Shown here: in pieces, positions 46,792 to 55,759 of the stretch
How the letters are laid out: every line of letters starts with the position of its first letter
How positions within the stretch are numbered: position 1 is the first letter of the stretch
Position numbers and translations under genes: made by a program
The notes under the pieces: generated by a model
Databases searched by the model: none
Told to the model about the DNA's origin: nothing
Seen by the model: only the letters and a program-made list of their open reading frames with translations
Virus record (IMG/VR): IMGVR_UViG_2690316366_000001
Location: 32,001-96,000 of that record
Strand: one strand, 5' to 3'
DNA length: 64,000 nt
Source of the DNA: a virus
Taxonomy: Duplodnaviria > Caudoviricetes

Positions 46792-47187
46792 ATGAAGCGT
46801 GATCTCCGGAGCAACGTTGACGTTGCTCAGACTCTTGCGCCGGCGGCCCGTGTGAACGGCACCGCAAACGGCGTAACCGTCGACCTCCAGGGCTACGAGA
46901 GCGCGATGTTTGCGTTCGAGGCCGGTGCATGGACCGACGGCTCGCACACCCCGTCGATCCAGCACAGTGATGACGGCACGACCTTCGTTGCCGCCGCAGC
47001 CCCGGACATCCAGGGCGCATTCGCTCCGGTTACCAGCGGCACCGGCCAGAATGCCGTGCAGCGCGTCGGCTATGTCGGCAGCAAGCGCTACGTCCGCGGA
47101 TCGGTCCTCACGTCCGGCGCGACCACCGGCCTGGTGCAGTCGATGGCCGTCGTCCGCTCGCGGGCCCGTGTGTCGCCGCTTCCGTAA
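46792..47187 (+). CDS. putative head decoration protein
   Basis: Follows the capsid gene; VDLQGYES...GYVGSKRYVR. Confidence 0.7.
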   Translation: MKRDLRSNVDVAQTLAPAARVNGTANGVTVDLQGYESAMFAFEAGAWTDGSHTPSIQHSDDGTTFVAAAAPDIQGAFAPVTSGTGQNAVQRVGYVGSKRYVRGSVLTSGATTGLVQSMAVVRSRARVSPLP

Positions 47188-47274
47188 CCGAATGCAGAGT
47201 GATCAGGTGCGGCCCCGTATCCATGACGGCGCCGCAGCCTGTGAGCCGGTGTTCAACATTTAGGGAGACCTGCC

Positions 47275-47778
47275 ATGAGCGCGGTAGTCGTGACGCCGTT
47301 TCCTGGCGTCAAGGATGGCGAGACCAATCCAACCCATTTCGTCGAGGGAGACGTGATTGATGGGGACCTCGCTGAGACCGCCTTGAGGTATGGCCTAGCG
47401 GTCCAGGAGGGGAGCGAAGGGGCCGATACCGCCGGTGCTGGCGATGGCGGCGGAAAGGTGATCGTCGTCGATGGCCAGGTCGAGATCCCGGAGAACTGGC
47501 CGAAACTGAAATGGTTTGCCCTGAAGGCCTTGGCCGAGAAGATCCTCGGCAAGCCCGTGGCAGGAACCGATGAGGCCCGCAACGTCGTGCAGGCGGAGGT
47601 CGACCGGCGCGCGAATCCCGAGACGTCGGAAGCGGGCGCGGCTGGTGCTGGCGGCGATGTGGCGCCCGTCGGTCAAGAGGAAGGTGGTGAAAGCCAGGCT
47701 GGTGCCGGAAGCGCGCAGGCCGATGCCGGTGGCAAGCCTGTCGCCGGCACGGATGCCGGCGCTGCCACGGCCGGCTGA
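47275..47778 (+). CDS. hypothetical structural-region protein
   Basis: GGGAG RBS; in operon. Confidence 0.65.
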   Translation: MSAVVVTPFPGVKDGETNPTHFVEGDVIDGDLAETALRYGLAVQEGSEGADTAGAGDGGGKVIVVDGQVEIPENWPKLKWFALKALAEKILGKPVAGTDEARNVVQAEVDRRANPETSEAGAAGAGGDVAPVGQEEGGESQAGAGSAQADAGGKPVAGTDAGAATAG

Positions 47779-47809
47779 TATCTGGATCGGCTGCGACGGC
47801 GAGGCGTAG

Positions 47810-48469
47810 ATGCTCAGCACCATCGTTCGCGCCGTCGCGGCGACCACAACAAGCTTGACCACGCGAGACCGCGTCAAGAGCGACCTCAAAATCACTGGAA
47901 CAGCCGAGGACGCATATATTGACGAGGCGATCGCGCGCGTTTCGGCGCTGATCTGCTCGTACCTCAAGGTGCCGATGGCCGATGACGGATCCCGTACCCT
48001 AGCGTCCGAGGATCTCGTCCAGACCTTTCGGTTTCGCCACCACGACCATCATCGGGAGAGCTTGGTCCTGGCCCGCAAGCCGGTCACCGCGGTGGCGTAC
48101 GTCAAGATCAACGATGTCGAGATCGACCAGGACGACTATGAACTGATCGGCCGAAGCGGCATCCTTTATCGGCTTCGCTTCGGACATCCAAGTCATTGGC
48201 CGTGCCGCGGCAAGGTCGAGGTACGCAGCACCGCCGGTTGGCTCCTGCCCAACGACACCGGACAGTCGACATTGCCGTCGGATATCGAGGGCGTCGCTGT
48301 GGACCTGATCAAGGCCGCGCGCGAGGCGCGGACACGGGATCCGATGGTCAAGTCGGTTGCGGTGGTCGATGTCGACCAAGTCGACTACTGGGTCGGCAAT
48401 ATCGGGCAGGGGCCATTCCCGCCGGATATCGAAGCCAAGCTCGAAGCCTACAGGTATCGATCGCTGTGA
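47810..48469 (+). CDS. head-tail connector (gp6-like)
   Basis: VKSDLKI...D..I; AGW...LPSDIE; position. Confidence 0.75.
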   Translation: MLSTIVRAVAATTTSLTTRDRVKSDLKITGTAEDAYIDEAIARVSALICSYLKVPMADDGSRTLASEDLVQTFRFRHHDHHRESLVLARKPVTAVAYVKINDVEIDQDDYELIGRSGILYRLRFGHPSHWPCRGKVEVRSTAGWLLPNDTGQSTLPSDIEGVAVDLIKAAREARTRDPMVKSVAVVDVDQVDYWVGNIGQGPFPPDIEAKLEAYRYRSL

Positions 48470-48846
48470 GCGAATACACCGATCGGCAGGATGCCTCCCT
48501 CGCGGCTCGAGGCGAAAACATCCTTTTGCGCCGAACCATCGGCGCGAGTAGGGATGAGGTCGGGATTCCAGCGCACGTCCGCAGCTATCGGATGAATGCC
48601 GACGAACTCGCCAGGGGAATCTACAAGCAGCCGTACGTCGTCATCATCACGCTGACGCAGATCACGGCAGCGGGGTGGCCGGAGCATGCATCGGCGGCTG
48701 CTGCGGCGCCATTCGATGTCGACCCACGCATTCCAGTGATCGGCGACGTCACCATCATCAAGGGCAGCGCCAAAACAGTGAAGGCAGTCGATCCGGTTGC
48801 GGTCGACGACGAAGTCGTCCGCGTCAAGATGATCGTCGATGGTTAG
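48466..48846 (+). CDS. head closure/stopper-like protein
   Basis: Position; GTGA coupling. Confidence 0.6.
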   Translation: MSEYTDRQDASLAARGENILLRRTIGASRDEVGIPAHVRSYRMNADELARGIYKQPYVVIITLTQITAAGWPEHASAAAAAPFDVDPRIPVIGDVTIIKGSAKTVKAVDPVAVDDEVVRVKMIVDG

Positions 48847-48848
48847 AG

Positions 48849-49502
48849 ATGGCCCGCATCTCGACCTTCGAGCGCGATCTGAAACTCGCCACGGCGGGGA
48901 TGGCGCCAGAGAACATCGCAAAGGAGTTGGCCGCATTCGCGAGGCAGGAACTGGCGGCCGTCATTCAATCCGGAGAGGGATCTGAGCGCTACGATCGCTA
49001 CGTGAACGGAAATCTCGGCGCCGCGGAGGAAACAGTCGTTCCGCCGGGCCCGATCCTCTACGTCTTCCATTGGTGGCGTGAGATCGTCGAGTTCGCGCTG
49101 CAAACCGCAGTCGAGCGGTCGCCTGAGAAGTCGGGCCGTTACAAGCGGGCTTGGTTCATCATGACGCCAGGTGGCGTCGTGAAGAGCTTCGACGAGATCC
49201 CGATCAACTCGACGGTCATCCTGACCAACAACCAGCCCTACAGCCGGAAAATCGACGTCGGTCACATGCTGATGTCGGTGCCGCCCGGTGTTGTTGAAGA
49301 TGTCCGCAAGGCGGTTATGGCGAGATTTGGCAACTTCGTCACGGCGAAGCGCACGATGATCACGTTGCCAGGTGGCTACATCCTCAAAGGGCACTTTCGC
49401 CGCGGCTATCGACCGTTCGCGCGGACAAAGCTGCGGAAAGACACTATGGCGGGAGCGCAGATGACGTATCCGGCGCTCGTTCTGACGATGAAGGTCTCCT
49501 GA
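48849..49502 (+). CDS. neck/tail completion protein (HK97 gp10-like)
   Basis: SPEKSGRYKRAW; NNQPYSRKI. Confidence 0.65.
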   Translation: MARISTFERDLKLATAGMAPENIAKELAAFARQELAAVIQSGEGSERYDRYVNGNLGAAEETVVPPGPILYVFHWWREIVEFALQTAVERSPEKSGRYKRAWFIMTPGGVVKSFDEIPINSTVILTNNQPYSRKIDVGHMLMSVPPGVVEDVRKAVMARFGNFVTAKRTMITLPGGYILKGHFRRGYRPFARTKLRKDTMAGAQMTYPALVLTMKVS

Positions 49503-49975
49503 TGGATCTGCCGTACGACGAGGTATTCGACGCCATTCGTGACTATCTCGGCTACTTCGATGTCCATACCAACGCTCCGATCATTGGCAACTGGGATTTC
49601 AGCGTTGCGCCGCTGGTCTATGAAAACGAAGGGGACGGCTCTCCCAGCGGAGAGATCAAGAGCTGGGTCCTCGTCATCCTGAACAGCCAACTTTACGGCC
49701 AGCAGTCGATAGGCGGCGGCATCGACGCCGGCGACAACCGCTGGGATGAAGACGGCACCATCTGGTTTCACGTCTTCACGCCTCGCGGCATCGGCTCGCG
49801 TGAGGCGCGGCGCATCGCGAAGGGCCTTGCCAATATGTTCCGCGGCAAGACGATGCTCAATGACCGGCTCGAGTTCTTGGATGCCGACATGGGCGCGGGC
49901 GATCCCGGTGCGGAGAACGCGAACTATTACCTGATGTCCGTCAGCATCGAATGGCGCCTGATCGAGGCGGAATAG
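49502..49975 (+). CDS. tail terminator-like protein
   Basis: GTIWFHVFTPRGIG; position before the tail tube gene. Confidence 0.7.
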   Translation: MDLPYDEVFDAIRDYLGYFDVHTNAPIIGNWDFSVAPLVYENEGDGSPSGEIKSWVLVILNSQLYGQQSIGGGIDAGDNRWDEDGTIWFHVFTPRGIGSREARRIAKGLANMFRGKTMLNDRLEFLDADMGAGDPGAENANYYLMSVSIEWRLIEAE

Positions 49976-49984
49976 GAGACTCCA

Positions 49985-50233
49985 ATGGACGAGCACGACG
50001 TTCTCAAGCCCTTCAACACCGTGAACCGGCGCTTCAGGCCCGATGACGAGCGCTGCAACGTGGTGCGCTCGGATGATCATCTCGAGCCGCACTCGATCGA
50101 GACACTGAAGGCCCGCGGCTTCATCAAGGAGCGCGGCGAGGCTGTAGCGCTGCCGACGTCCGTGGCGGCGGAGGTGCCCCCGAACAAGCTTGAGGTGAGC
50201 CGGCCGGCCACCCCAGCGACCTCCGAGAAGTAA
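49985..50233 (+). CDS. hypothetical protein
   Basis: AGGAG RBS. Confidence 0.6.
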   Translation: MDEHDVLKPFNTVNRRFRPDDERCNVVRSDDHLEPHSIETLKARGFIKERGEAVALPTSVAAEVPPNKLEVSRPATPATSEK

Positions 50234-50261
50234 CTCACCCCATCCATCGCTGACCTCACGC

Positions 50262-50286
50262 AAGGCGCCCCAACGGGCGCCTTTTT
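50262..50286 (+). terminator. intrinsic terminator-like hairpin
   Basis: AAGGCGCCC-caac-GGGCGCCTT followed by TTT. Confidence 0.65.
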
Positions 50287-50301
50287 CATTGGGAGAACGC
50301 C

Positions 50302-51783
50302 GTGACCTCATCCAACCGCACGCAACTTGCTCTCGTTCGGGAGACCACGCCCGGCGTCACCCCGACGACGCCGCGCATGCGCAAGGTCAGGATGACCGGG
50401 GAGTCCTTGCAGTTCGGTCCGACCTATGTGGACTCGGAAGAGATCCGCGACGACCGTATGCTTGGTGACCCGATCAAGACGAACCAGGCGTCGTCCGGCG
50501 GAATCAACGGCGAAATCTCGTATCCCGATGACGGCTCGCCGCTGTCCGAGATCCTGATGTCGGCGTTTGAGAACGTCTGGGCGAACACGCCGCAGTTCTT
50601 CAACGACGGTACCGCGGATAGCGTCATCACGGATGCCGGCACGGTCGCGAGCACCTATGCGGTGGCTTCCGGCGGTGCAGCGGTGAAGCTCGGCCATCTC
50701 GTCCGTGCCAGCGGCTTCGCCCAGGGCCCCAACAACCAGGTCTTCAGAGCCTCGGCCTCGACGGGAACCACGGTTGTCGGCGCCGCCGGACTGGTCGCCG
50801 AGGTCGCTCCTCCCGGCACGGCCAAGCTCAAGGTGGTGGGCTTCGCCGGCGCCGCCGGCGACATCACGGCCTTGGTCGACGGCCTCGGCTCGACCGCGCT
50901 GGATTTCACGACGCTTGGCTTGGTCGTTGGGCAGTGGATCAAGGTCGGCGGCGCCGCGGATATCACCCAGTTCGCCTTCCTCGTCACTGCCGGTGCCAAG
51001 GCGCGAGCGGCCGCATACGCTCGCGTCACCGCGATCGCGGCGCAGAAGCTCACGCTGGACAACCTGCCGTCCGGATGGGCGGCCGATCCCGGTACCGGCA
51101 AGACGATCTGGGCTTTCTTCGGCGACCAGATCAAGAACGGTGTCGCTCCGAACTCCATGACGATCGAGCGCGGCTTCCTCGGCCAGCCGGTGCCGTCCTA
51201 CATCGTGAACATCGGCATGCAGGCGAACACCTTCAACGTCGACATGCAGAGCGGCGACAAGCTGAAGTGGCAGGCGACGTTCACTGGCCTCGGCGGCAGC
51301 ATCGGGACGGTGACCTTGGACGCGAGCCCGGATCCGGTGACGACCGGCGTCGTCATGGCCGCGAACGCTAACGTCGGACGCCTCGGCGTCAACCAGGTGC
51401 AGTTGGGCTCGCCGAACTGGGCGAAGGGCTTTTCGATCCAGATCAACAACAACCTCCGGACGCTCGACGCTGTCGACTCCGACGCGCCGGTGGCGATCAA
51501 TGACGGCGAGTGCACAGTCACCGGCAAGGTGACGACGTATTTCGGCAGCGCGACCGAGGTGCAGGCCTTCTACAATGGTACGCCGCGGCCGATCAACTCG
51601 CGCATCGCGAAGAACGGCCAGGCGCTGATCTTCCAGGTGCCGCGCGCCGTCTACCGTGGTGGCGGCAACCCGCAGGCCACGGCCAAGAACACCGACGTCA
51701 TGGCCGATTTCGACTACCAGGCCTCGCAGGACGTCGTGACCAACGCGCACGTCCTTCTCGATCGGCTCGAATACGTGGAGTAG
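50302..51783 (+). CDS. major tail tube protein
   Basis: ETTPGVTP; SEEIRDDR; SMTIERGF; VTGKVTTYF. Confidence 0.85.
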   Translation: MTSSNRTQLALVRETTPGVTPTTPRMRKVRMTGESLQFGPTYVDSEEIRDDRMLGDPIKTNQASSGGINGEISYPDDGSPLSEILMSAFENVWANTPQFFNDGTADSVITDAGTVASTYAVASGGAAVKLGHLVRASGFAQGPNNQVFRASASTGTTVVGAAGLVAEVAPPGTAKLKVVGFAGAAGDITALVDGLGSTALDFTTLGLVVGQWIKVGGAADITQFAFLVTAGAKARAAAYARVTAIAAQKLTLDNLPSGWAADPGTGKTIWAFFGDQIKNGVAPNSMTIERGFLGQPVPSYIVNIGMQANTFNVDMQSGDKLKWQATFTGLGGSIGTVTLDASPDPVTTGVVMAANANVGRLGVNQVQLGSPNWAKGFSIQINNNLRTLDAVDSDAPVAINDGECTVTGKVTTYFGSATEVQAFYNGTPRPINSRIAKNGQALIFQVPRAVYRGGGNPQATAKNTDVMADFDYQASQDVVTNAHVLLDRLEYVE

Positions 51784-51830
51784 GCCGGCCGCCAAACTCT
51801 GGTCCCATCGCTAAAGACGAGGCTGACGAC

Positions 51831-52202
51831 ATGAAGTGGTTCGTGGCGCTGATCGCTGCTGCCGGTGTGTTGGGTGCCACCCAGGCGCTCGCCGCGAAGG
51901 CACATATTGCCGAGTTCACTGATGTCGGAGTGACCGCGACGAACATTCGGGCGCAGATTGCGGCCATGCCGCCGGCGGTCGAGCAACCGATTGTCGACTT
52001 CACGTCCGGTCATGCTGAGTCTGCGGCGTTCACGACCGGTACGACGTACATCCGCGTAAATTGCGACACGAGGTGTGCGGTGAAGATCGGTCCAGCCGGA
52101 TCGACCACGGCGACAACGGTGAACACGCCGCTCGGACCGGATGCCCCGGAATATTTCGGGGTCAAAGCCGGCCAGATCATCTCGATCGTGGCCAACCCAT
52201 GA
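51831..52202 (+). CDS. hypothetical protein with signal peptide
   Basis: MKWFVALIAAAGVLGATQALA; beta-rich; PEYFGV. Confidence 0.7.
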   Translation: MKWFVALIAAAGVLGATQALAAKAHIAEFTDVGVTATNIRAQIAAMPPAVEQPIVDFTSGHAESAAFTTGTTYIRVNCDTRCAVKIGPAGSTTATTVNTPLGPDAPEYFGVKAGQIISIVANP

Positions 52203-52429
52203 AGCGCGCTATCGCAGCGCTGACGGTCGCCGCTCTGCTGGCCTCCGCGCTTTGGGGGACGGACGTGCAAGCCCTCGGCCTCGGCAAGCTGGGCGTTGGC
52301 TTCGGGAAGATGGGCCGCGTCGTCATGAAGAAGCAGTCCGGTGGCACTCAGCCGGCAGGCTGCACCGGCCCTGGCCAGTTGGATTTCTCCGACACCTGCC
52401 AAACCGCAATCATTTCAGCTCTGCTCTGA
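52199..52429 (+). CDS. small protein with signal peptide
   Basis: MKRAIAALTVAALLASALWGTDVQA; ATGA-coupled. Confidence 0.6.
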   Translation: MKRAIAALTVAALLASALWGTDVQALGLGKLGVGFGKMGRVVMKKQSGGTQPAGCTGPGQLDFSDTCQTAIISALL

Positions 52430-52438
52430 GGTCATATT

Positions 52439-53491
52439 ATGCGCAAGATTTTACTTGCTCTTGCTCTGGCCGCTGGTCTGATCAGTTCGGCTAAGGCCGA
52501 CTTCACCAGCAAGAACCAAGCCGGCGCAACGATCACGTTCAAGAGCAGCGGCGACTGTACCAGCATTGTTTGCGTCGTCCCGCATTATTTGACCGACAGC
52601 ACCGGCGCCGCGGTCGGTACGGCGGCCAATCCGCTTTCGTTTCAGTTCGGCACCGGTGTTTTGCTTCCCGCTTTTGCGGCGACGCCGACCTTCAATCTCG
52701 GCACGCTGAACGGAGCCGCAACCGCCGCGGCCCAAGCGACCGGCAATACGTCGGTGGGCAACATCGATACCTCCATCGGCGCCCAGGGCAATACGACGTG
52801 GGATGGCTCGAGCGCGGCCACGTTGATGGCGATCAATCGCTATCAGGGTGTCAAGCTCGAGGCGATCCGCGCGCTGCTGGCCAGCACGCTTACCGTCAAT
52901 TTGCCGTCCGGTGCCGCTACCGCAGCGAACCAGACCAATGGCAGCCAAAAGAGCCAGAACGTCGATGCCTCGGGCAATACGATCGGAGCGGGTTTCGCGG
53001 CGTACGCGACGGCCTCGATCACTCGCCCGGCCAACACGACGACCTATACCGTCAACACCGGCTGGAACAACGCAACGTCGGGCGCTACCAATTTCTTTTC
53101 GCTGACTGGCGTGTGCCGCGTGAATGGCGGTCAGGTGCTGATCACGCGGGTGGATGTCTGGTCGAGCGCAAATCCGACGTTGAAACTGAGCGGCGTGTTT
53201 TGGCCGTTCTCGGCGATCCCCGGCACCAACGTCAACGATAACGCCGCCTTCAACATCGCGTCGGCTGACTTCGCTAACCTGACGGGCAGCTTCAATGGCA
53301 TCCCGTTTACGCTCGGCAGCAATCAGTCGTCGGGCTCGAACAGCGGCGTCTCGCTGTCCGGCACCTCGTATCAGGCGCAGTGTGCATCGGGCACGACGAC
53401 GATCACCGGCATGGTCGAGGTCACCAACGCCTACGTTCCGGTGAGCGGCGAGGTGCTGCGCGTCGGAATCGCGACGGTGGGGCTCAACTGA
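52439..53491 (+). CDS. Thr/Ala/Asn-rich fibre-like protein with signal peptide
   Basis: MRKILLALALAAGLISSAKA; ITRPANTTTY. Confidence 0.75.
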   Translation: MRKILLALALAAGLISSAKADFTSKNQAGATITFKSSGDCTSIVCVVPHYLTDSTGAAVGTAANPLSFQFGTGVLLPAFAATPTFNLGTLNGAATAAAQATGNTSVGNIDTSIGAQGNTTWDGSSAATLMAINRYQGVKLEAIRALLASTLTVNLPSGAATAANQTNGSQKSQNVDASGNTIGAGFAAYATASITRPANTTTYTVNTGWNNATSGATNFFSLTGVCRVNGGQVLITRVDVWSSANPTLKLSGVFWPFSAIPGTNVNDNAAFNIASADFANLTGSFNGIPFTLGSNQSSGSNSGVSLSGTSYQAQCASGTTTITGMVEVTNAYVPVSGEVLRVGIATVGLN

Positions 53492-54720
53492 TGTATGATC
53501 GTCCCAGATGGGCAGGATGGATTGTTCCGATCCTTGCGCTGGTCGCCTTCGTCGCGATCTTCATCAACTTCCTGCAGCATGTCACTGAAGCGCACGCTCT
53601 TGAACAGCGCACGCGCGCGTCGCTGCTGGCCAAGCCACAGCCGTTCGCGCAATACCTGGCGTATGACGATTACACGGGCGCAACCAAGTCGCTGAATGGC
53701 CGCATCCCGCCGAAGGGGCCGGCGTATCAGGCCAGCGGCACTGGCGCGGCGAACGGCATCGCAGGCGGCGGCCGGATGACGCTGCCGGTCGCGAGTCAGG
53801 CTCTCTACGCCTTCCAGCAATTCAATCAGGTGCCGCGCCGCATCTCGTGCCTGTGGAATTATCCGTCCGGCACGGTGAACACTCCGCCGACCTACGCGTT
53901 CACCAACGACACCACCGGGACGCTGCCCTATCTGCACGGCGAGAGTGACGCCTCGTTCTTCCTCCTGCGTCTCGGCGTGAACGGTGCCAACTTTACCCAG
54001 CCCGCATGGTGGGTGTCCGCCAGCTACTCGCTGACATCAGGTGTCGAGTACCAGTCCGAACTCAACTACGACGGTGGCACCAACGCGTCCATGGTGATGC
54101 GGAACGCCTCGACCGGGGCCGTGCTGGGCAGCGAGACCGTTCATGATCCGCAGCTGGCGACCTACGCCGGAAAGTTGACGTTCTCGGAGTTTCTCGACAA
54201 TCTCCTGCAGATCAATCGCTGCACGGTCGAGGCGACCACCAGCTATCCGTTCCCGACGCTGAGTCCCTACGTCGAGACGACCTTTCCGACCAGCGCGTCT
54301 CCGTTCGTCTCCGATCCGGGCTTCGGCGGCTCGGTTGTCTTCAACGCCGCCGGGTCCGTCACGATCTCCGGGTCGGCCTTCCCGGCTGGTGGCGGCATGA
54401 CGCTCGGCGCTCTCAATAGTGGCGACACTCTCTGGGCGTCGCTGGACGTCACGTCCTGGACCGGGTGCACGTCAGGCAATCCGTGCGCGTTCAGCATCGT
54501 CGCCAATTCTGGCACCACGATCACAGCTATTCAGCCCATCCCGACCGCGGCGGGACGATATCAATTCAACTTTCCGATCAATACCTCGGACTCGAACGCT
54601 CGCTTCATCGTGACCGGCCCGCTGAACCCCGGCGGCGTCGCATACTCTGTGACGATCTCGGCCGCAAACCTCTATCGCAACACTCCGTCGGCGCCTCCGA
54701 CGCCTCCGCAGCTTCAATAA
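53491..54720 (+). CDS. beta-rich carbohydrate-binding-like protein with N-terminal hydrophobic segment
   Basis: WIVPILALVAFVAIFINF...AHA; S/T/G/aromatic-rich. Confidence 0.7.
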   Translation: MYDRPRWAGWIVPILALVAFVAIFINFLQHVTEAHALEQRTRASLLAKPQPFAQYLAYDDYTGATKSLNGRIPPKGPAYQASGTGAANGIAGGGRMTLPVASQALYAFQQFNQVPRRISCLWNYPSGTVNTPPTYAFTNDTTGTLPYLHGESDASFFLLRLGVNGANFTQPAWWVSASYSLTSGVEYQSELNYDGGTNASMVMRNASTGAVLGSETVHDPQLATYAGKLTFSEFLDNLLQINRCTVEATTSYPFPTLSPYVETTFPTSASPFVSDPGFGGSVVFNAAGSVTISGSAFPAGGGMTLGALNSGDTLWASLDVTSWTGCTSGNPCAFSIVANSGTTITAIQPIPTAAGRYQFNFPINTSDSNARFIVTGPLNPGGVAYSVTISAANLYRNTPSAPPTPPQLQ

Positions 54721-54813
54721 CGAGGCGTTGCTGCTACGCCCATCGCGGACGGCAGGTCACTCACCCTAGCTCCATCTTCCCCGCCTTCAGGACCGGTTGG
54801 TGCCGGTAGAGGA

Positions 54814-54887
54814 TTGGTGTCCTCGTGAAGTGCGGTTTCACCCCCTGGCGCCAGCCAGGCTCCCTTGTTTCTCCAAGGTGACACCAA
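54814..54887. ncRNA. putative four-way-junction structured RNA
   Basis: 8-bp closing stem TTGGTGTC/GACACCAA enclosing three hairpins. Confidence 0.4.
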
Positions 54888-54890
54888 ACC

Positions 54891-55325
54891 ATGACTGAAA
54901 CCCCCAAAAAGAAGCTGAAACTGTCGTCGATGAAGGTCGACCTCGACAAGGAGCGCGAAGGAAGCTGGGAGCCAGCCCTGGATATCGATCCAGATATCAG
55001 TTGGTTCGTGCGGTCGACAAACTACGGTCCGTTCAAGACTGCGCGCGACGCCGTCCAGATCCGGTTGTCACGCAAGCACGGCAACAACGTGCCGGATGAC
55101 GTTCTCGCGGAAGAATACGGCAAGTTGGCCGTCCAGCACCTGCTGCTCGGATGGGAAGGTCTGGCCGAGGACGACGAGATCACCGACATCCCGTATTCGC
55201 CAGAGAAAGCCCGCGATATCCTGACCGATCCGGCATACCGCCTCATCCGAGGTTCGATCTACATGGCTGCCTCGCGCGTCGGTATCGGCGAAGCCGAGTT
55301 CGTCGGAGCCGGCGCAAAAAACTGA
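54891..55325 (+). CDS. tail assembly chaperone (gpG-like)
   Basis: LLLGWEGL...PYSPEKA; upstream of the tape measure gene. Confidence 0.85.
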   Translation: MTETPKKKLKLSSMKVDLDKEREGSWEPALDIDPDISWFVRSTNYGPFKTARDAVQIRLSRKHGNNVPDDVLAEEYGKLAVQHLLLGWEGLAEDDEITDIPYSPEKARDILTDPAYRLIRGSIYMAASRVGIGEAEFVGAGAKN

Positions 55326-55759
55326 GAGCGGCCCTTCGCTACGAGCTCGAGCAGAAGGGCACGGACGATTGGCTTACCGAGCTCGCTGAAGAAGATCCTG
55401 ACGCCGCAGAGTTTGCGGCGCAGGCGGAACGGCCAGAGGAAGCCACGCTTCCGATCTGGGCTGAAACGTATTGGCGCGCCTGGCATGCCCTTCGGTTCGA
55501 TCGGCAATACGGCGCCATGGGTGGCCAGTCACCCATCAGCTTCCTTTCCATCGATACCTACGCGCGGCGCTACGACATTCGTGGCGTCGAGTTCGAGACC
55601 TTCTTGGCGTTCGTGAGCGCCATGGATGAGGAATATCTCGAGCATGTTCAGCGTGAGGCCGATCGGGAGAAGAAAGCCGAAGAAAACCGCAGGGCATTGA
55701 GAGAGGGAGGGCAGGCAAATGGCGGGAGTAGCGCTGTCGTCCCTGCGAGTCACGTCTGA
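55316..55759 (+). CDS. tail assembly chaperone extension (gpT-like), reached by -1 frameshift
   Basis: Slippery A AAA AAC at 55316-55322; open -1 frame YWRAWHALRFDRQYG...PISF...MDEEYL. Confidence 0.8.
   Translation, partial: KKLRAALRYELEQKGTDDWLTELAEEDPDAAEFAAQAERPEEATLPIWAETYWRAWHALRFDRQYGAMGGQSPISFLSIDTYARRYDIRGVEFETFLAFVSAMDEEYLEHVQREADREKKAEENRRALREGGQANGGSSAVVPASHV

Noticed and set aside
54814-54887. tRNA gene
   Set aside because: Cloverleaf-like, but lacks the GTTC T-loop, D-loop GG and 7-nt anticodon loop.
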